A DNA stretch of 64,000 nt from Paecilomyces variotii (taxonomy: Eukaryota). The stretch is from the NCBI GenBank assembly GCA_004022145.1, contig RCNU01000007.1. One strand, given 5' to 3'. The translations under genes were made by a program, and so were the position numbers. The notes beneath the pieces were generated by a model. It saw only the letters and a program-made list of their open reading frames with translations, was not told where the DNA came from and did no database searches. This document shows, in pieces, positions 63,616 to 64,000 of this stretch (position 1 is the stretch's first letter; each line of letters begins with the position of its first letter).

Positions 63616-64000
63616 GAGAGCATCCTTTTGCTGGAAAAAGAAACGTGTTTTTAAGACCGTTTCGAGTTTACACTGCTTCCATGCTCGATCTTGCGATGAT
63701 GATTGAAGTGTGCTCCCGTACCATATCTCGATCACTTGATATCCCCCCGGATTGCTTGGGGTTTGTCGAAAGAATGGGGCACAGCCACCACCAACCAACA
63801 GTTTTGAAAACCTTGGCCGCGTTGCTTCAGGGATCACGCAGCATCTGGAGCATAGGGTATGCAAAGCCCTTTGCCGTCATGAACTGATATTTTGCCAGGG
63901 TCCTGTGGCGGCCTTCCAGTGAAAAGCGGAGCAGCCATTTATAAGCGTTCAAATAGCGCCGGTAGCTATGGCTTCGTTTGACCTGCGGAGAAGTGATCTG

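Overview
This is intron-rich filamentous-ascomycete DNA, Eurotiales-like by gene content and splice signals (inference). Housekeeping genes include exgD, a YANK/STK32-like kinase, a SNF2 helicase, a SIRT5-like sirtuin, a flavin-binding protein, icp55, nimO/DBF4, panB, atg12, ubc8, a LAMTOR1/Ego1-like gene, a DUF2011-like gene, an SDR and a Cdc123/R2K-like ATP-grasp gene. Three intron-containing elongator tRNA-Met genes are also present. The ORF-less AT-rich block at about 31.75-41.3 kb reads, after mentally reversing C>T/G>A changes, as a full-length RIP-inactivated Helitron on the minus strand. It has HUH Rep motifs, a PIF1 helicase, a 3' hairpin plus CTTG end, a probable 5' TC end, 98-bp subterminal repeats and extra ORF relics, one possibly OB-fold. 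Other highlights are 1-nt, 3-nt and 8-nt microexons in ubc8, a tRNA-like Pol III candidate at about 30.6 kb, an unannotated 77-aa spliced gene, and a patchwork of short fragments from unrelated mobile genes at 58.8-59.9 kb. All calls come from reading by eye; no searches were run.
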